Virus record (IMG/VR): IMGVR_UViG_2724679352_000002
Location: 1-64,000 of that record
DNA from: an uncultured virus (IMG/VR IMGVR_UViG_2724679352_000002)
Lineage: Duplodnaviria; Heunggongvirae; Uroviricota; Caudoviricetes
Length of the DNA stretch: 64,000 nt
Reading direction: 5' to 3' (one strand)
Shown piece by piece: positions 17,981-28,506 of the stretch (its first letter is position 1; each line of letters begins with the position of its first letter). The translations under genes were made by a program, and so were the position numbers. The notes under the pieces were generated by a model. That model was not told where the DNA came from, searched no databases, and saw nothing but the letters and a program-made list of their open reading frames with translations.

Positions 17981-18329
17981 TTATCTAAAAAACTTAGCTA
18001 AATCCATAACTGCCGTGGTAACTGTTGCAAGAGAAGCACTATTACCGAGCCAACTATACAGTTTCGACTTAGCTATGGCGGCTTGTTTCACTTCAACAAT
18101 ATTTGATTGCACTTGTTTAAGTATTTCAACCGCCTCAGCAAGGAGCGCTATAGGTGTATTGTCTGGTAAGCCAACTTGACGTAGCTTTTTTGGGGGGGGG
18201 AGGGGAGATTTCTATAGCCACACCTACTTTTTCAATCACCGTTTCTGAGATTCTTAGTTTTATATCAGATGACGCAACAATTCCTTTGCCACAGTTTGAA
18301 ATTAAGCAACCTTTAATAATTACACCCAT
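17981..18329 (-). pseudogene. Moron gene frameshifted in a C9 (G9 on + strand) tract
   Basis: 349 bp; removing one base from 18192-18200 gives a 115-aa ORF; GAGGAGG RBS. Confidence 0.7.
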
Positions 18330-18507
18330 ACTTACCTCCTCTAAAAATGAGATTAGTACCAATATATAGAGAAAATAGTAATTCACCAGAGCTATTTCCA
18401 ATCAAAAACCACCTTGGGATTCCAAGACCTATATCATCACAGAGCAACCTAACAAGGTTACTGTGTAATGACACTAAGGGGTAACCGCAATATCAAAGGA
18501 ATCGAAA

Positions 18508-19119
18508 ATGACGCCAACCGGATTAACAGAAGAACAAAAGGCGCTTTTCGATGCCCTGACGCAATTACAGAAGAAATTCGTCACTCAAATCCTTAAGGGT
18601 AAGAATCAGACTGATGCTTATAGAAAGGCAGGGGGTAAGGCCAAGGGCGATAATCTTCGCAAAGCGGCGCATGTGATTGCGACAAATTGCGACGTTGAAG
18701 CCTTTCTGAAGTCCGTTCAGCACGAAACAGTTAACGAAGCCATCATGACCTACGAGGAAGCAATGGAGCGTTTAACGTTGATGGGGCGAACGTCTATTGC
18801 TGATCTGGCGACATTCGGCACTCACGTTGTGGGTGAAGATGATGATGGCAACCCGATCATTCGGTCTGTCTGGTCATTCAAAAATGCCAGCGAATTAAAG
18901 CCTGAGCAGATGGCCGCAATATCTGAACTGACGGCAGGCAAGGATGGACTGAAAATTAAGCTGCATGATCCGAAAGCCGCTATCAAGCAACTGGCTGAAA
19001 TGCGCGGGTGGGAAGCACCGAAGAAAACAGAATTGACAGGACCGAACGGTGGAGCAATTCAAACTGTGAATATGACCCCTGATGAAGCCGCCGAAGCGTA
19101 TCGCAAACTTATGGGCTGA
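18508..19119 (+). CDS. terS: Terminase small subunit
   Basis: NQTDAYRKAG...KIKLHDPKAAIKQL...ELTGPNGGAI. Confidence 0.9.
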   Translation: MTPTGLTEEQKALFDALTQLQKKFVTQILKGKNQTDAYRKAGGKAKGDNLRKAAHVIATNCDVEAFLKSVQHETVNEAIMTYEEAMERLTLMGRTSIADLATFGTHVVGEDDDGNPIIRSVWSFKNASELKPEQMAAISELTAGKDGLKIKLHDPKAAIKQLAEMRGWEAPKKTELTGPNGGAIQTVNMTPDEAAEAYRKLMG

Positions 19120-19282
19120 TTATAGTAAACATCCAGAAATAGCCCGTTAGATTGATAAATTCTCTATGCAAAATAGAGGGTGTTTTATGCATGCTTTATG
19201 CACTCAATTATCTAACACTCTGACCCGTTAACCCTGACAAATAAGCCTCTCACTCTGCTTATTCGATGAGTGCTATGCGCTC

Positions 19283-19310
19283 GGTGCGGGTAACGGTCAT
19301 TATGTTAAAA
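19283..19310 (+). other. dif/psi-like XerCD site
   Basis: GGTGCGGGTAA-CGGTCA-TTATGTTAAAA vs E. coli dif GGTGCGCATAA-TGTATA-TTATGTTAAAT. Confidence 0.7.
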
Positions 19311-19381
19311 AAACCAATAAAACAACAATTTTCCTAATTTGGCTAGATGGCTATGCATTTAGCCAAAATGAAAAGCACTTA

Positions 19382-19594
19382 CTATTTATTTTGAGCTATA
19401 GCAATTTTTGCCAAAGCCAGTACTGCTGCTTGCTTAATTTGGATGGAACTATTAATAGTCAACTCGATTAAACGTTCTTCAACTGCCTTTTCATGGCACC
19501 AAAAGTCAGCCAAAGCATCAATGGCATTCAATACTTGTTCATCTGAATCGTTATATGTCATTTGCATTAGTTGTTTAAACATTTCGCTTTCCAC
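19382..19594 (-). CDS. Small moron, HEAT-repeat-like
   Basis: GAGGAA RBS before GTG; antisense between terS and terL; AIDALA...AAVLALAKI helices. Confidence 0.6.
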   Translation of the reverse strand: MESEMFKQLMQMTYNDSDEQVLNAIDALADFWCHEKAVEERLIELTINSSIQIKQAAVLALAKIAIAQNK

Positions 19595-19667
19595 AATATT
19601 TCCTCAATTTGGTATGGATATTAACTATCTGACCATTAAGCTCAAATATCAACAGAATGAATTTAAT

Positions 19668-21284
19668 ATGCCGATCCCATTCCCATTTAATTTCAAGAAT
19701 CCGGATTACATGCAGGTTTTTGAGTGGCGAATGGAGCGATTGCAGCGCATTCGTCAGCAACCTGAATTGTTGCCGGTTATGAGAGCGTTTTATAAAGATA
19801 ACCCCGCTCAGTTCATTATCGACTGGGGTATGACGGTGGACCCGCGCAACGTTGAGCGTGGGTTGCCTGCCCGTATCCCGTTCCTCTTATTCCCAAAGCA
19901 GGAAGAGTGGATCGAGTGGTTTGTCGAGCGCTGGCGTAATGCTGAACCGGGTATTACAGAGAAAACCCGTGACATGGGTATGTCTTGGCTGACTGTTGGC
20001 ATGGCTTCCTCGCTTTGCCTGTTCAACCGTGGCGTATTTGCTGGGTTCGGGTCTCGTAAAGAAGAGTATGTAGATAAAATCGGCTCGCCTAAATCGTTAT
20101 TCGATAAAGCCCGTAATTTTATCTCTCTGCTGCCAACTGAGTTTCGTGGTGGCTGGAGCCTTAAACAGCATGCACCACACATGCGAATTCTGTTTCCTGA
20201 AACTGAATCGGCCATGACCGGCGAGGCGGGGGACGGTATAGGGCGCGGTGACCGCACCAGCTTTTACATCGTCGATGAGTCAGCGTTCTTGGAGCGCCCT
20301 TATCTGGTTGATGCGTCTTTGTCTGCAACTACCAACTGTCGGCAGGACGTATCAACGCCAAACGGTATGGCTAACTCATTCGCTGAACGACGGCATAGCG
20401 GCAAGATTAAAGTCTTCACCTTTCACTGGCGTGATGACCCGCGCAAAGATGATGCCTGGTATCAAAAGCAGGTTGAGAACCTAGACCCGGTGACCGTGGC
20501 GCAGGAAATTGATATCAACTACAGCGCCTCGGTTGAGGGCGTTCTGATCCCGTCCGCATGGGTGCAGGCGGCAATCAACGCGCATGAGGTGTTGGGTATT
20601 GTGCCAACTGGCCAGCGCTTAGGCGCTCTCGATATTGCTGACGAGGGCAAGGACACCAACTCCTTTGCCGGTCGTCACGGCTTCCTACTTGAAAGCATCG
20701 AAGAGTGGTCGGGTAAAGGCGATGATATTTTCGGTACCGTACAGAAAGCCTTTGATATTTGTGATGTACAAAACCTCGAAACTTTCCGCTTTGATACCGA
20801 TGGATTGGGAGCTGGTGCGCGTGGTGATGCCCGTGTTATCAACGAGCAACGTGAGGCACACCGCAGGCGGCATATCGTCGCCACGCCGTTCCGTGGTAGC
20901 GGTGGCGTAACCGATCCCGATGATGAGGCCATTCCCGGCGATAACGGTCAACAGGGGCGGCTTAATAAAGATTTCTTTGCGAACGCCAAAGCACAGGGCT
21001 GGTGGAGTTTGCGCACTCGGTTCCAGAAAACGTATCGGGCAGTTAAGGAAAATATGGAGTTCGATCCCGATGAGATTATCTCCATCCCGAAAGACCTCAA
21101 AAACCTGACCAAATTAACCTCTGAATTATCGCAACCTACCTACTCAGTTAATGGCGTAGGGAAAATTGTGGTGGATAAAAAACCTGACGGCACCAAGTCA
21201 CCTAACCTGGCGGATTCAGCAATGATTTTATATGCACCAATGGATAACGCGCTGGATATCTGGCTACGGCTCGGGGGGGCGTAA
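19668..21284 (+). CDS. terL: Terminase large subunit
   Basis: EKTRDMGMS Walker A, IVDESA Walker B, STPNG, LDIADEG nuclease; start MPIPFPF. Confidence 0.95.
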   Translation: MPIPFPFNFKNPDYMQVFEWRMERLQRIRQQPELLPVMRAFYKDNPAQFIIDWGMTVDPRNVERGLPARIPFLLFPKQEEWIEWFVERWRNAEPGITEKTRDMGMSWLTVGMASSLCLFNRGVFAGFGSRKEEYVDKIGSPKSLFDKARNFISLLPTEFRGGWSLKQHAPHMRILFPETESAMTGEAGDGIGRGDRTSFYIVDESAFLERPYLVDASLSATTNCRQDVSTPNGMANSFAERRHSGKIKVFTFHWRDDPRKDDAWYQKQVENLDPVTVAQEIDINYSASVEGVLIPSAWVQAAINAHEVLGIVPTGQRLGALDIADEGKDTNSFAGRHGFLLESIEEWSGKGDDIFGTVQKAFDICDVQNLETFRFDTDGLGAGARGDARVINEQREAHRRRHIVATPFRGSGGVTDPDDEAIPGDNGQQGRLNKDFFANAKAQGWWSLRTRFQKTYRAVKENMEFDPDEIISIPKDLKNLTKLTSELSQPTYSVNGVGKIVVDKKPDGTKSPNLADSAMILYAPMDNALDIWLRLGGA

Positions 21285-22756
21285 TGTCGAGAAAACGTAG
21301 AACAGGCAAAGCGTCATCACCGCAGAGAACCACCGATAGCTATCAAAACCTCACCGCCCGCTATGGGCTGCGCACCGAGAACCAAAGCGCGGATTATAGC
21401 TACCAACCGAATTGGACATCTCGCAACCGCCAACTGATAGAAAACGCTTACCGGTCGTCGTGGCTGGTGGGCGCGGCGGTTGACACTATCGCCGATGATA
21501 TGACCCGTAAGGGGATTAATATCACATCCAAGATGGCACCGGATGCCAAGATGCGGATAGAGGGGCGCTGGGAAGAGTTATCCCTTTGGGATGCGATTAA
21601 CGACACTATCAAATGGTCACGGTTATACGGTGGCGCAATTGGTTTCATCATGATTGATGGGCAAGCGCCTGAAACACCACTACGGGTAGAGACCATCGGC
21701 AAAGATGCGTTTAAAGGGTTGCTGGTACTCGACCGCTGGATGGTTAACCCAACCATTAGCGATAGAGTGACAGCAATGGGGCCAGACCTCGGCATGCCTA
21801 AATATTATCAGGTTGTCACCACTGGCAGCGGTATCCCAAGTATGAAAATACACCACAGCAGGGTGATTCGCCTGGATGGTGTAGGTCTGCCGTACCAGCA
21901 GAAGCGAACAGAAAATGAATGGGGCATGTCGGTCATCGAGCGGCTATTTGACCGGTTGCTGGCATTTGATAGCACTTCGACCGGCGCGGCACAGTTGATT
22001 TTTAAGGCGCATTTACGCACCTACAAAATCAATAAGTTTCGCGAATTGGTCGCGATGGGGGGCAAGGCATTTGATGGGCTAATGAAAAGCATGGACATGA
22101 TCCGGCAATTCCAAAGCACTGAGGGCCTCACCCTGATGGATGCTACTGATACGTTTGAAACCCACAGCTATGCATTCGGTGGCCTGTCTGACGTGATGGC
22201 GCAGTTTGCCCAACAGATAGCCGGTGCCATTGGTATTCCGCTGGTGCGCCTGTTTGGTCAGTCTCCTGCGGGGTTCTCAACCGGTGACGCTGACCTGGCT
22301 AACTACTACGACAATATCGGTACTCAACAAGAGCGCCGTTTGCGTCGTCCACTGCGCCGATTATTCGAAGTGATCCACTATTCCGAGTTCAGCTCGCCAC
22401 TGCCTGACGGCTTCTCTTTTGATTTTAATCCGCTGTGGCAAATGTCGGAACCTGACCGCGCTAACGTGGCGGAAAAAACCGTTAATACCATCAATGCCGC
22501 AATGGACTCAGGTTTACTGACGTTACAGGGGGGTATGACTGAACTCAGGGACAAAGCAGGCATTATCGGTATCGGCTCTAGTATCAGCGATGAGGATATA
22601 GAGAGTGCGAAAGACATCGACCCGCCGAACCTCGGCGAAAACGCAGATCTCAACCCGCCTGAAATCACGGCGCGCGGAAATCCAATATCAAACTCAGCTA
22701 CGCAAGATAGCGCGAATGGTCGGCGACATCGTAAATGGTACTTACGATGGTTCTAA
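21284..22756 (+). CDS. Portal protein (DUF1073 type)
   Basis: WSRLYGG, IHHSR, GIPLVRLFGQSPAGF, YYD. Confidence 0.9.
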   Translation: MSRKRRTGKASSPQRTTDSYQNLTARYGLRTENQSADYSYQPNWTSRNRQLIENAYRSSWLVGAAVDTIADDMTRKGINITSKMAPDAKMRIEGRWEELSLWDAINDTIKWSRLYGGAIGFIMIDGQAPETPLRVETIGKDAFKGLLVLDRWMVNPTISDRVTAMGPDLGMPKYYQVVTTGSGIPSMKIHHSRVIRLDGVGLPYQQKRTENEWGMSVIERLFDRLLAFDSTSTGAAQLIFKAHLRTYKINKFRELVAMGGKAFDGLMKSMDMIRQFQSTEGLTLMDATDTFETHSYAFGGLSDVMAQFAQQIAGAIGIPLVRLFGQSPAGFSTGDADLANYYDNIGTQQERRLRRPLRRLFEVIHYSEFSSPLPDGFSFDFNPLWQMSEPDRANVAEKTVNTINAAMDSGLLTLQGGMTELRDKAGIIGIGSSISDEDIESAKDIDPPNLGENADLNPPEITARGNPISNSATQDSANGRRHRKWYLRWF

Positions 22757-23369
22757 CGATTCCGTTTACAACGTCATGGATAGCCTTAACCGCTATTCAA
22801 ATTTGATTGATGGCTGGGCCAGAACCACCGCCAGCAAGATGTTTGATGCCGTTAACGCAAAAGACGTCGCAATGTGGCGCAGTAATTCGCAGGAAATATC
22901 TGTGGGTTTGCGCCAGATAGTAGAAAACACCTCCGTGGGACAGGTAGCCCGCAGTATCGTTGAAGAACAGATAAAACTCATCAAGTCACTGCCATTGCAA
23001 GCCGCTGACCGAGTGCAGGATATCCATAATCAGGCGATAGAGGCGGTAATTACCGGCGGTCGCGCTGGGCCATTCGCTAAAGAAATAGCCAAATCTGGCG
23101 ATGTGGCAATATCTCGCGCCAATATGATCGCCCGTACAGAAATAGGACGGGCATCAACGGCATTAACACAGGCCCGTTCGCTCTCTATCGGTTCCAGTGG
23201 TTACATCTGGCGCACAGCCGAAGATAGTGATGTTCGCCACTCGCATCAGAAAATGGAGGGTAAGTTTGTTCGCTGGGATAACCCGCCGACCCTTGACGGT
23301 ATGACGGGCCATGCGGGCGCATTACCTAATTGCCGGTGCTATTGCGAAGTTGTGATCCCTGAGGGCTAA
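22605..23369 (+). CDS. Head morphogenesis protein (SPP1 gp7 / Mu F); start uncertain
   Basis: IARTE, WRTAEDSDVRHSH, PNCRC. Confidence 0.85.
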   Translation: MRKTSTRRTSAKTQISTRLKSRRAEIQYQTQLRKIARMVGDIVNGTYDGSNDSVYNVMDSLNRYSNLIDGWARTTASKMFDAVNAKDVAMWRSNSQEISVGLRQIVENTSVGQVARSIVEEQIKLIKSLPLQAADRVQDIHNQAIEAVITGGRAGPFAKEIAKSGDVAISRANMIARTEIGRASTALTQARSLSIGSSGYIWRTAEDSDVRHSHQKMEGKFVRWDNPPTLDGMTGHAGALPNCRCYCEVVIPEG

Positions 23370-23497
23370 AACGATAGAGCACGGGTTTAGACACCCAAAC
23401 ACAAGGAGCGTTTCTAGCACTGGTCGTTCGCCCCACTTTCTGGTATGGGTATTTCTCTAGAATTAGAAACTTACGAAAAAGCAGAGTTAGGAATAAT

Positions 23498-23929
23498 ATG
23501 AATAAAAAATTATTGGCCATTATCCTTTGCATGCTACCTCTGGTCGCAAAATCGGACCCATCATTAATGAATCTGATGTGCGTTACTGAGTTCGATTTCC
23601 ACAACAAAAAAACCACCCAGAATTTAATGATGATTGATGTCAAATCTTCAAATGAAGGCATGGGGTATGCCGTAACTAAATTTCTATCAAGGGATGGCGG
23701 AGTAAAGCTTGGGATGACGTACTTTAAAGCTTCAGGAAAAGAAGGTGATGATTTCATACTATTTAGCACCAGACAAAATCTAGAAGACATTGGAAAAGAT
23801 GCTGATTTTCTAGGGATTGGTCTTAAAAACCAAGGTGACGATGATCACCCCATCTATGGGGCAGTCATTGGTCGAGGGCATGATTCTGTGACTGTTCATC
23901 AAACAAAATATTTTTGCATGCCGCAATAA
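23498..23929 (+). CDS. Secreted/periplasmic moron protein
   Basis: AT-rich; signal peptide MNKKLLAIILCMLPLVAKS. Confidence 0.8.
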   Translation: MNKKLLAIILCMLPLVAKSDPSLMNLMCVTEFDFHNKKTTQNLMMIDVKSSNEGMGYAVTKFLSRDGGVKLGMTYFKASGKEGDDFILFSTRQNLEDIGKDADFLGIGLKNQGDDDHPIYGAVIGRGHDSVTVHQTKYFCMPQ

Positions 23930-23980
23930 TTATCAATACTTCTGATATTTACCATAAATCCTCATTGTGTGAACCCATGA

Positions 23981-24007
23981 GATACGCATAAGAGTCTTAT
24001 GTTAAAT
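23981..24007 (+). other. Second dif-like site
   Basis: GATACGCATAA-GAGTC-TTATGTTAAAT (perfect XerD arm, 5-bp spacer). Confidence 0.55.
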
Positions 24008-24043
24008 AGTCGCTAGAGCAGCACAAATATCCCTTATCTCGAC

Positions 24044-24067
24044 AGGCCGCTTAGGCGGCCTTTTTTA
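24044..24067 (+). terminator. Intrinsic terminator
   Basis: AGGCCGC-TTAG-GCGGCCTTTTTT. Confidence 0.75.
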
Positions 24068-24091
24068 TGCCCGCAATCCAGCAGGTAACCC

Positions 24092-25318
24092 ATGCAATAT
24101 TTCTATAACTCCCGCCTGGGAGAGACGCGCTTCACCATGAGCGACGGTGGCCTATTGTGCAAAGACGTCCCGATAGGTCGAACCGGGGTGCAGCTTTACG
24201 GTGGTGAAGAGCTGGACGATATCGAGCCTGATAGTGACGGTGAGATCTTAGTGGAAAGGACGGAGGACGAAGTATTTCGCCCTGAAACGCTGGCCAGCTT
24301 TGAGGGAATGACATTCACCGTATCTCACCCCATCGAAGATGTCACCCCTGACAACTGGGGCCGTTACGCCGCTGGTCACGTTCAAAACGTCAGGCGGGGT
24401 ACAGGTGACCAATCAGATCTCATGATCGCCGACATCGTGGTCAAGAAAGCCGAAGCCATAAAGGTGATTCTTGAAGATGGTGTTGATCAAATTTCGGCAG
24501 GCTACGATGCCGAATATCAGCAGACCGCCAGAGGCAAAGCCCGTCAATACGACATCATAGCTAACCATGTTGCTCTCGTTCCCACGGGCCGCGCAGGGAA
24601 ACGCTGTTCAATTGGAGATAGTAAACGTATGACAACAAATAACACTTGGCTCGCAAAGCTACGCCGAGCAATCAAAACCAAAGATGCTGCCGCGATGGAG
24701 GAAGCAATGGAAAGCGTCCCATCAGAGTTAACCAGTGATGAAGGTACTGGCGAATTGCCAAAGGCCATCAATATCACCATTAACCCGCAACAGCCGTTAC
24801 CGAAACAGGAGCCTGAACTAGATGCCATCGCGACTAACGATAGTGGTGACATCGAAACCCGAGTTGCTGCAATGGAGGCGACCTTAGCTGCGATTTTGGA
24901 GAAATTGGGTTCCACTACCGACGCCGATCCGGATGAGGAGGAAGAGGGCCGACGTATTACCAGCGATGCGGCTTATCATCAGGATGTTGTTTCCCGTGCT
25001 GAATTGATTGTACCTGGCATTAAATTGCCAGAGGGTGGAAAGCTGGCATCCTTTAAACGAACTGTATTGGATGCGGCGTTTAAAACCACCGAGGGCGAGA
25101 AATTGCTGAAAGGCATTGTTGGCGATAAGCCAGACTTTGCCAAGATGCCGAAACTTTCCCTTGATGCGGCATTTATTGCGGCCAGCGAGATTGCTAAAGG
25201 CCGCAATAACATTCAGTTGAACCACCGAACCACCGATTCTGCCGCACCAAATCGCCGACCTACCGCCGCCGACCTCAATAAACAGAACGCCGCGTTCTGG
25301 GCTAAAAAAGGAAACTAA
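24092..25318 (+). CDS. DUF2213 capsid protease/scaffold
   Basis: IGRTG.Q.Y, EVF...LASF, SAGY, NHVALV..GRAG. Confidence 0.85.
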   Translation: MQYFYNSRLGETRFTMSDGGLLCKDVPIGRTGVQLYGGEELDDIEPDSDGEILVERTEDEVFRPETLASFEGMTFTVSHPIEDVTPDNWGRYAAGHVQNVRRGTGDQSDLMIADIVVKKAEAIKVILEDGVDQISAGYDAEYQQTARGKARQYDIIANHVALVPTGRAGKRCSIGDSKRMTTNNTWLAKLRRAIKTKDAAAMEEAMESVPSELTSDEGTGELPKAINITINPQQPLPKQEPELDAIATNDSGDIETRVAAMEATLAAILEKLGSTTDADPDEEEEGRRITSDAAYHQDVVSRAELIVPGIKLPEGGKLASFKRTVLDAAFKTTEGEKLLKGIVGDKPDFAKMPKLSLDAAFIAASEIAKGRNNIQLNHRTTDSAAPNRRPTAADLNKQNAAFWAKKGN

Positions 25319-25321
25319 TTC

Positions 25322-25813
25322 ATGACAGCATATTTATACCGGATGCCTGCGGGCATTGCCGGGGCAGTCTCACGCCCTCAGGATCTGACTATTGAGCCAG
25401 TGCTGATTAATACGGCCAATCCATTTAGCTAGTACGGGCTGGCCGGAAAGTTCAGCGGCAATTTCTTTGTACCACTGGACGAGGACGACACTGCCGACAA
25501 AATCGTCGGCATCTTTGTTCGACCATTCCCTACCACGTCAACACCAGACAAGGTGCGCCAAATCGGAACCAGCAACAACTTCGCCGGTGATGCGCTAAAG
25601 CGCGGTTACATGTCGGTCAATATTGGGGCTACGGCTGCGGGTGTGACTAAGGGCGCTCCTGTCTACATCCGTATCGCTGATGCTACCGACGCTAGCCCGT
25701 TGGGTTCTGTGCTGGCTACCGCGATTGCTGACACTACTGTGGTGCTGCCTAACGCTTATTTCACGGGTGCCGGTGATGCTGCTGGCAACACTGAAATCTC
25801 TTACAAGATTTAA
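25322..25813 (+). pseudogene. Head decoration/cement protein interrupted by TAG at codon 37
   Basis: MTAYLYRMPAGIAGAVSRP...NPFS*YGL continues in frame to EISYKI. Confidence 0.75.
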
Positions 25814-25825
25814 GGAACAATCAAT

Positions 25826-26770
25826 ATGATCACTTACGACAGCCAGCGCACCATTGATGCTAGCGGCGCATTCCTCATTGGAGAGCTGGAGCGATTAGAT
25901 CCAGAGATTAACCTGCCGTTGGTGGGGACGACCTACACCCGCGATATTCAATTCCGTGAAGATGTGAATATTGCTGATGAAATCAGCTCATTCACTAAAA
26001 CCGGCTTTGCTGCAGCCGGTACCGGTGCCAATCCAAAGGGTAAAAACTGGGTTAGCCAGGAATCGACCGCACTGGCCGGCATCAACGTAGATATCGATAA
26101 AAAGGGTTTCCCGCTGACATTGTGGGGAATGGAGTTGGGTTGGACTGTGATTGAATTAGCCGCAGCGCAACAGGTGGGCCGTCCAATCGATACGCAGAAA
26201 TATGACGGCATGGTGTTGAAATGGCATATGGATGCCGACGAGCAGGTCTATCTCGGTGACACCGATTTGGGCGTAAAAGGTCTGGCCAACTATACCGGAG
26301 TGGCGATCGGCAATGCGACTAAGTCGTGGTTGACCTCGACCGTTGCGGAGATCCGCGATTCGATTAACAAGGTGCTTTCCGATGCTTGGGCGGCGTCCGG
26401 CTATACCGTGGTACCGAAAGACCTGCTGTTACCCCCTGAACAGTACGCCTATCTGGCACAGGTGATTGTCTCTGATGCGGGTAATCAGTCACTTCTGACC
26501 TACCTGACCACCAACACTATCGCTTTCCATCAGAACGGCATTCCTTTGAATATCCGCGCGGTGAAATGGCTGAAAGGTGCGGGGGTGGCAGGCAAGGATC
26601 GGATGGTGGCCTACACAAATGACCGTAAATATGTACGCTTCCCACTGGTACCGCTGACCAGCATCCCAATCCAGTATCGTGGGCTGTGGCAGTTGGTGAC
26701 CTATTACGGAAAGCTGGGTGTAGTTGAAGCCCCGTATATTGAAACGCTGGCTTACTTCGACGGCATTTAA
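25826..26770 (+). CDS. Major capsid protein (DUF2184 type)
   Basis: AFLIGELERLD...; size and position. Confidence 0.85.
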   Translation: MITYDSQRTIDASGAFLIGELERLDPEINLPLVGTTYTRDIQFREDVNIADEISSFTKTGFAAAGTGANPKGKNWVSQESTALAGINVDIDKKGFPLTLWGMELGWTVIELAAAQQVGRPIDTQKYDGMVLKWHMDADEQVYLGDTDLGVKGLANYTGVAIGNATKSWLTSTVAEIRDSINKVLSDAWAASGYTVVPKDLLLPPEQYAYLAQVIVSDAGNQSLLTYLTTNTIAFHQNGIPLNIRAVKWLKGAGVAGKDRMVAYTNDRKYVRFPLVPLTSIPIQYRGLWQLVTYYGKLGVVEAPYIETLAYFDGI

Positions 26771-26807
26771 TAACTCATAGGGCCTCGCCGGAGGCCTGTA
26801 AGGTGAA

Positions 26808-27266
26808 ATGATGAAAATTGCAGTACACACCCCGTTTAAATTGTCGTTGGCCGGTCAGCCCGATATCAGCTTCTTGGTCGGCACCCATAAGGTCACGAAA
26901 GAAGTTGCCGAGCATTGGTTCACATTGGCGCACGCCGAGGTGATTGACGCTGAAACAGAGCACAGCAATACCGACCTGCAAGCCTCCATGATTGAAATGC
27001 AGGGGCGAATCGATCAGCAGGAACGAGTAGCAGTGGAACGTGTTACCACCATTTATGACCTGCAGAAGCAATTGAGTGAACAGGTCGAAGAAAACCACAC
27101 ACACAACGCAACCATTGCTGATCTACAGAAGCGGCTGAATGAGCAAGCCGATGAAATCGATTCACGCAACAACAACATTGTTGACCTGCAAAACCAGATT
27201 GATGAGTTGAATAAGGGGAAAATAAATGCCAAAGAATCGAAATCTGCCAACGGTGGAAAAGTTTAG
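26808..27266 (+). CDS. Hypothetical coiled-coil virion-region protein
   Basis: TI.DLQK.L.EQ heptad repeats. Confidence 0.7.
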   Translation: MMKIAVHTPFKLSLAGQPDISFLVGTHKVTKEVAEHWFTLAHAEVIDAETEHSNTDLQASMIEMQGRIDQQERVAVERVTTIYDLQKQLSEQVEENHTHNATIADLQKRLNEQADEIDSRNNNIVDLQNQIDELNKGKINAKESKSANGGKV

Positions 27267-27630
27267 AACTGATTTTCCCCAGTTTTCTGATGTTAATAAA
27301 TACCCCGAGTCTGCCATTCAATTCCGCCTCAATCTTGCTGACAATCTGTTAAGTGAAAATCTACTGGGTGACATGTTTCCTTACCTGGTCGAATTATTCG
27401 TGGCTCACTACACCACGCTGCAAGCCAAAGATGTGCAGTCTGCTGCGATGGGCGGCGGTAGTGGTTCGACTAATGGCGCGGCCTCGTCAAAAAGTGTCGA
27501 TAAGGTTTCCGTTAGCTATGACAACAGCGCCACGCTCAACCCTGACGCGGGGTTCTGGAACTTTACCCGCTACGGGGCTGAGTTTTACCAACTAGTGACG
27601 ATGTTCGGTGCGGGTGGTCGCCAGCTATGA
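27226..27630 (+). CDS. Head-tail adaptor (DUF4054)
   Basis: FRTDFPQF...SVSYD...TRYG.EF. Confidence 0.8.
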   Translation: MPKNRNLPTVEKFRTDFPQFSDVNKYPESAIQFRLNLADNLLSENLLGDMFPYLVELFVAHYTTLQAKDVQSAAMGGGSGSTNGAASSKSVDKVSVSYDNSATLNPDAGFWNFTRYGAEFYQLVTMFGAGGRQL

Positions 27631-28121
27631 AAAGTGGATTAAAGGTGCGGGTAGATAAGGCTAATGATGTGTTAGCAGCATTTAAGGCCATCGGCAGGAA
27701 AGATGTGTTGATTGGTATCCCTGAAGAGAAAAGCGAACGAGAGGACATCCCTTTCGGTAATGCAGGGATCGGTTATCTCAACGAGTATGGTTCACCGGCG
27801 CAAAATATCCCACCGCGCCCCCACTTACAGCTGGGTGTCAGTTCGGTACAGGATGAAACCACACAGAAGATGAAACAGGCGGCGCAGGCTGTATTGGCGG
27901 GCAATCAGGCTGCAGCAGATCGGGCGCTAGAGCAAGCGGGCACCATCGCCAGTAATGCGGTGAAGCGCTATATCACCATCACCGGCTTTACTCCATTAGC
28001 TGAGAACACTATCAGCGCTCGTTTACGGCGCGGTCGCACGGGGAATAAACCGCTAATCGATACCGGGCAATACCGCCGAGCAATAACCCATGTTGTGAGG
28101 GATAAATATGCCAAATCTTGA
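27627..28121 (+). CDS. Neck/tail completion protein
   Basis: NEYG...IPPRP...PLIDTG. Confidence 0.75.
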   Translation: MKSGLKVRVDKANDVLAAFKAIGRKDVLIGIPEEKSEREDIPFGNAGIGYLNEYGSPAQNIPPRPHLQLGVSSVQDETTQKMKQAAQAVLAGNQAAADRALEQAGTIASNAVKRYITITGFTPLAENTISARLRRGRTGNKPLIDTGQYRRAITHVVRDKYAKS

Positions 28122-28506
28122 TGTGACTGACGTGCTGTTTGACCCGGACTTCTGTGACATGTCACTGGTGGTTAAACGGAACGTGCAGACGGTCGATGCT
28201 GATGGATTCGCAACCAACACCGTTACTGAAAAAGGCTTTGCGGGAGTGGTTACGGTTGATCGCTCGCTTGAGTCGCGCCGGATGATGTCAGGGAATGTCA
28301 TTGGTGGCGCAATTCTTATTGTGACTGTCGAGCGGCTTACTCAAGGGCAGACGGGGCGTGATGCCGATATTGTTACCTATCAGAATCGCGATTATCGCGT
28401 GACGTTTGTTGACCCTTACACGGCATATGGTGCGGGATTCGTTCAAGCGCACTGTGAACTCCTGCCGTTCGATGGAGGAATTCCCATTGAGCAACAACAG
28501 CAGTGA
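28108..28506 (+). CDS. Head-tail joining protein
   Basis: Position and size. Confidence 0.65.
   Translation: MPNLDVTDVLFDPDFCDMSLVVKRNVQTVDADGFATNTVTEKGFAGVVTVDRSLESRRMMSGNVIGGAILIVTVERLTQGQTGRDADIVTYQNRDYRVTFVDPYTAYGAGFVQAHCELLPFDGGIPIEQQQQ

Noticed and set aside
19443..19667. 75-aa N-terminal extension of terL in the ORF track
   Set aside because: AT-rich and antisense to the 19382-19594 moron; terminase-like sequence begins at MPIPFPF (19668)
5061..28166. Calling the palindromes canonical matS or CRP sites
   Set aside because: matS has a 3-nt spacer between GTGAC/GTCAC and CRP a 6-nt spacer between TGTGA/TCACA; these have 2 and 4
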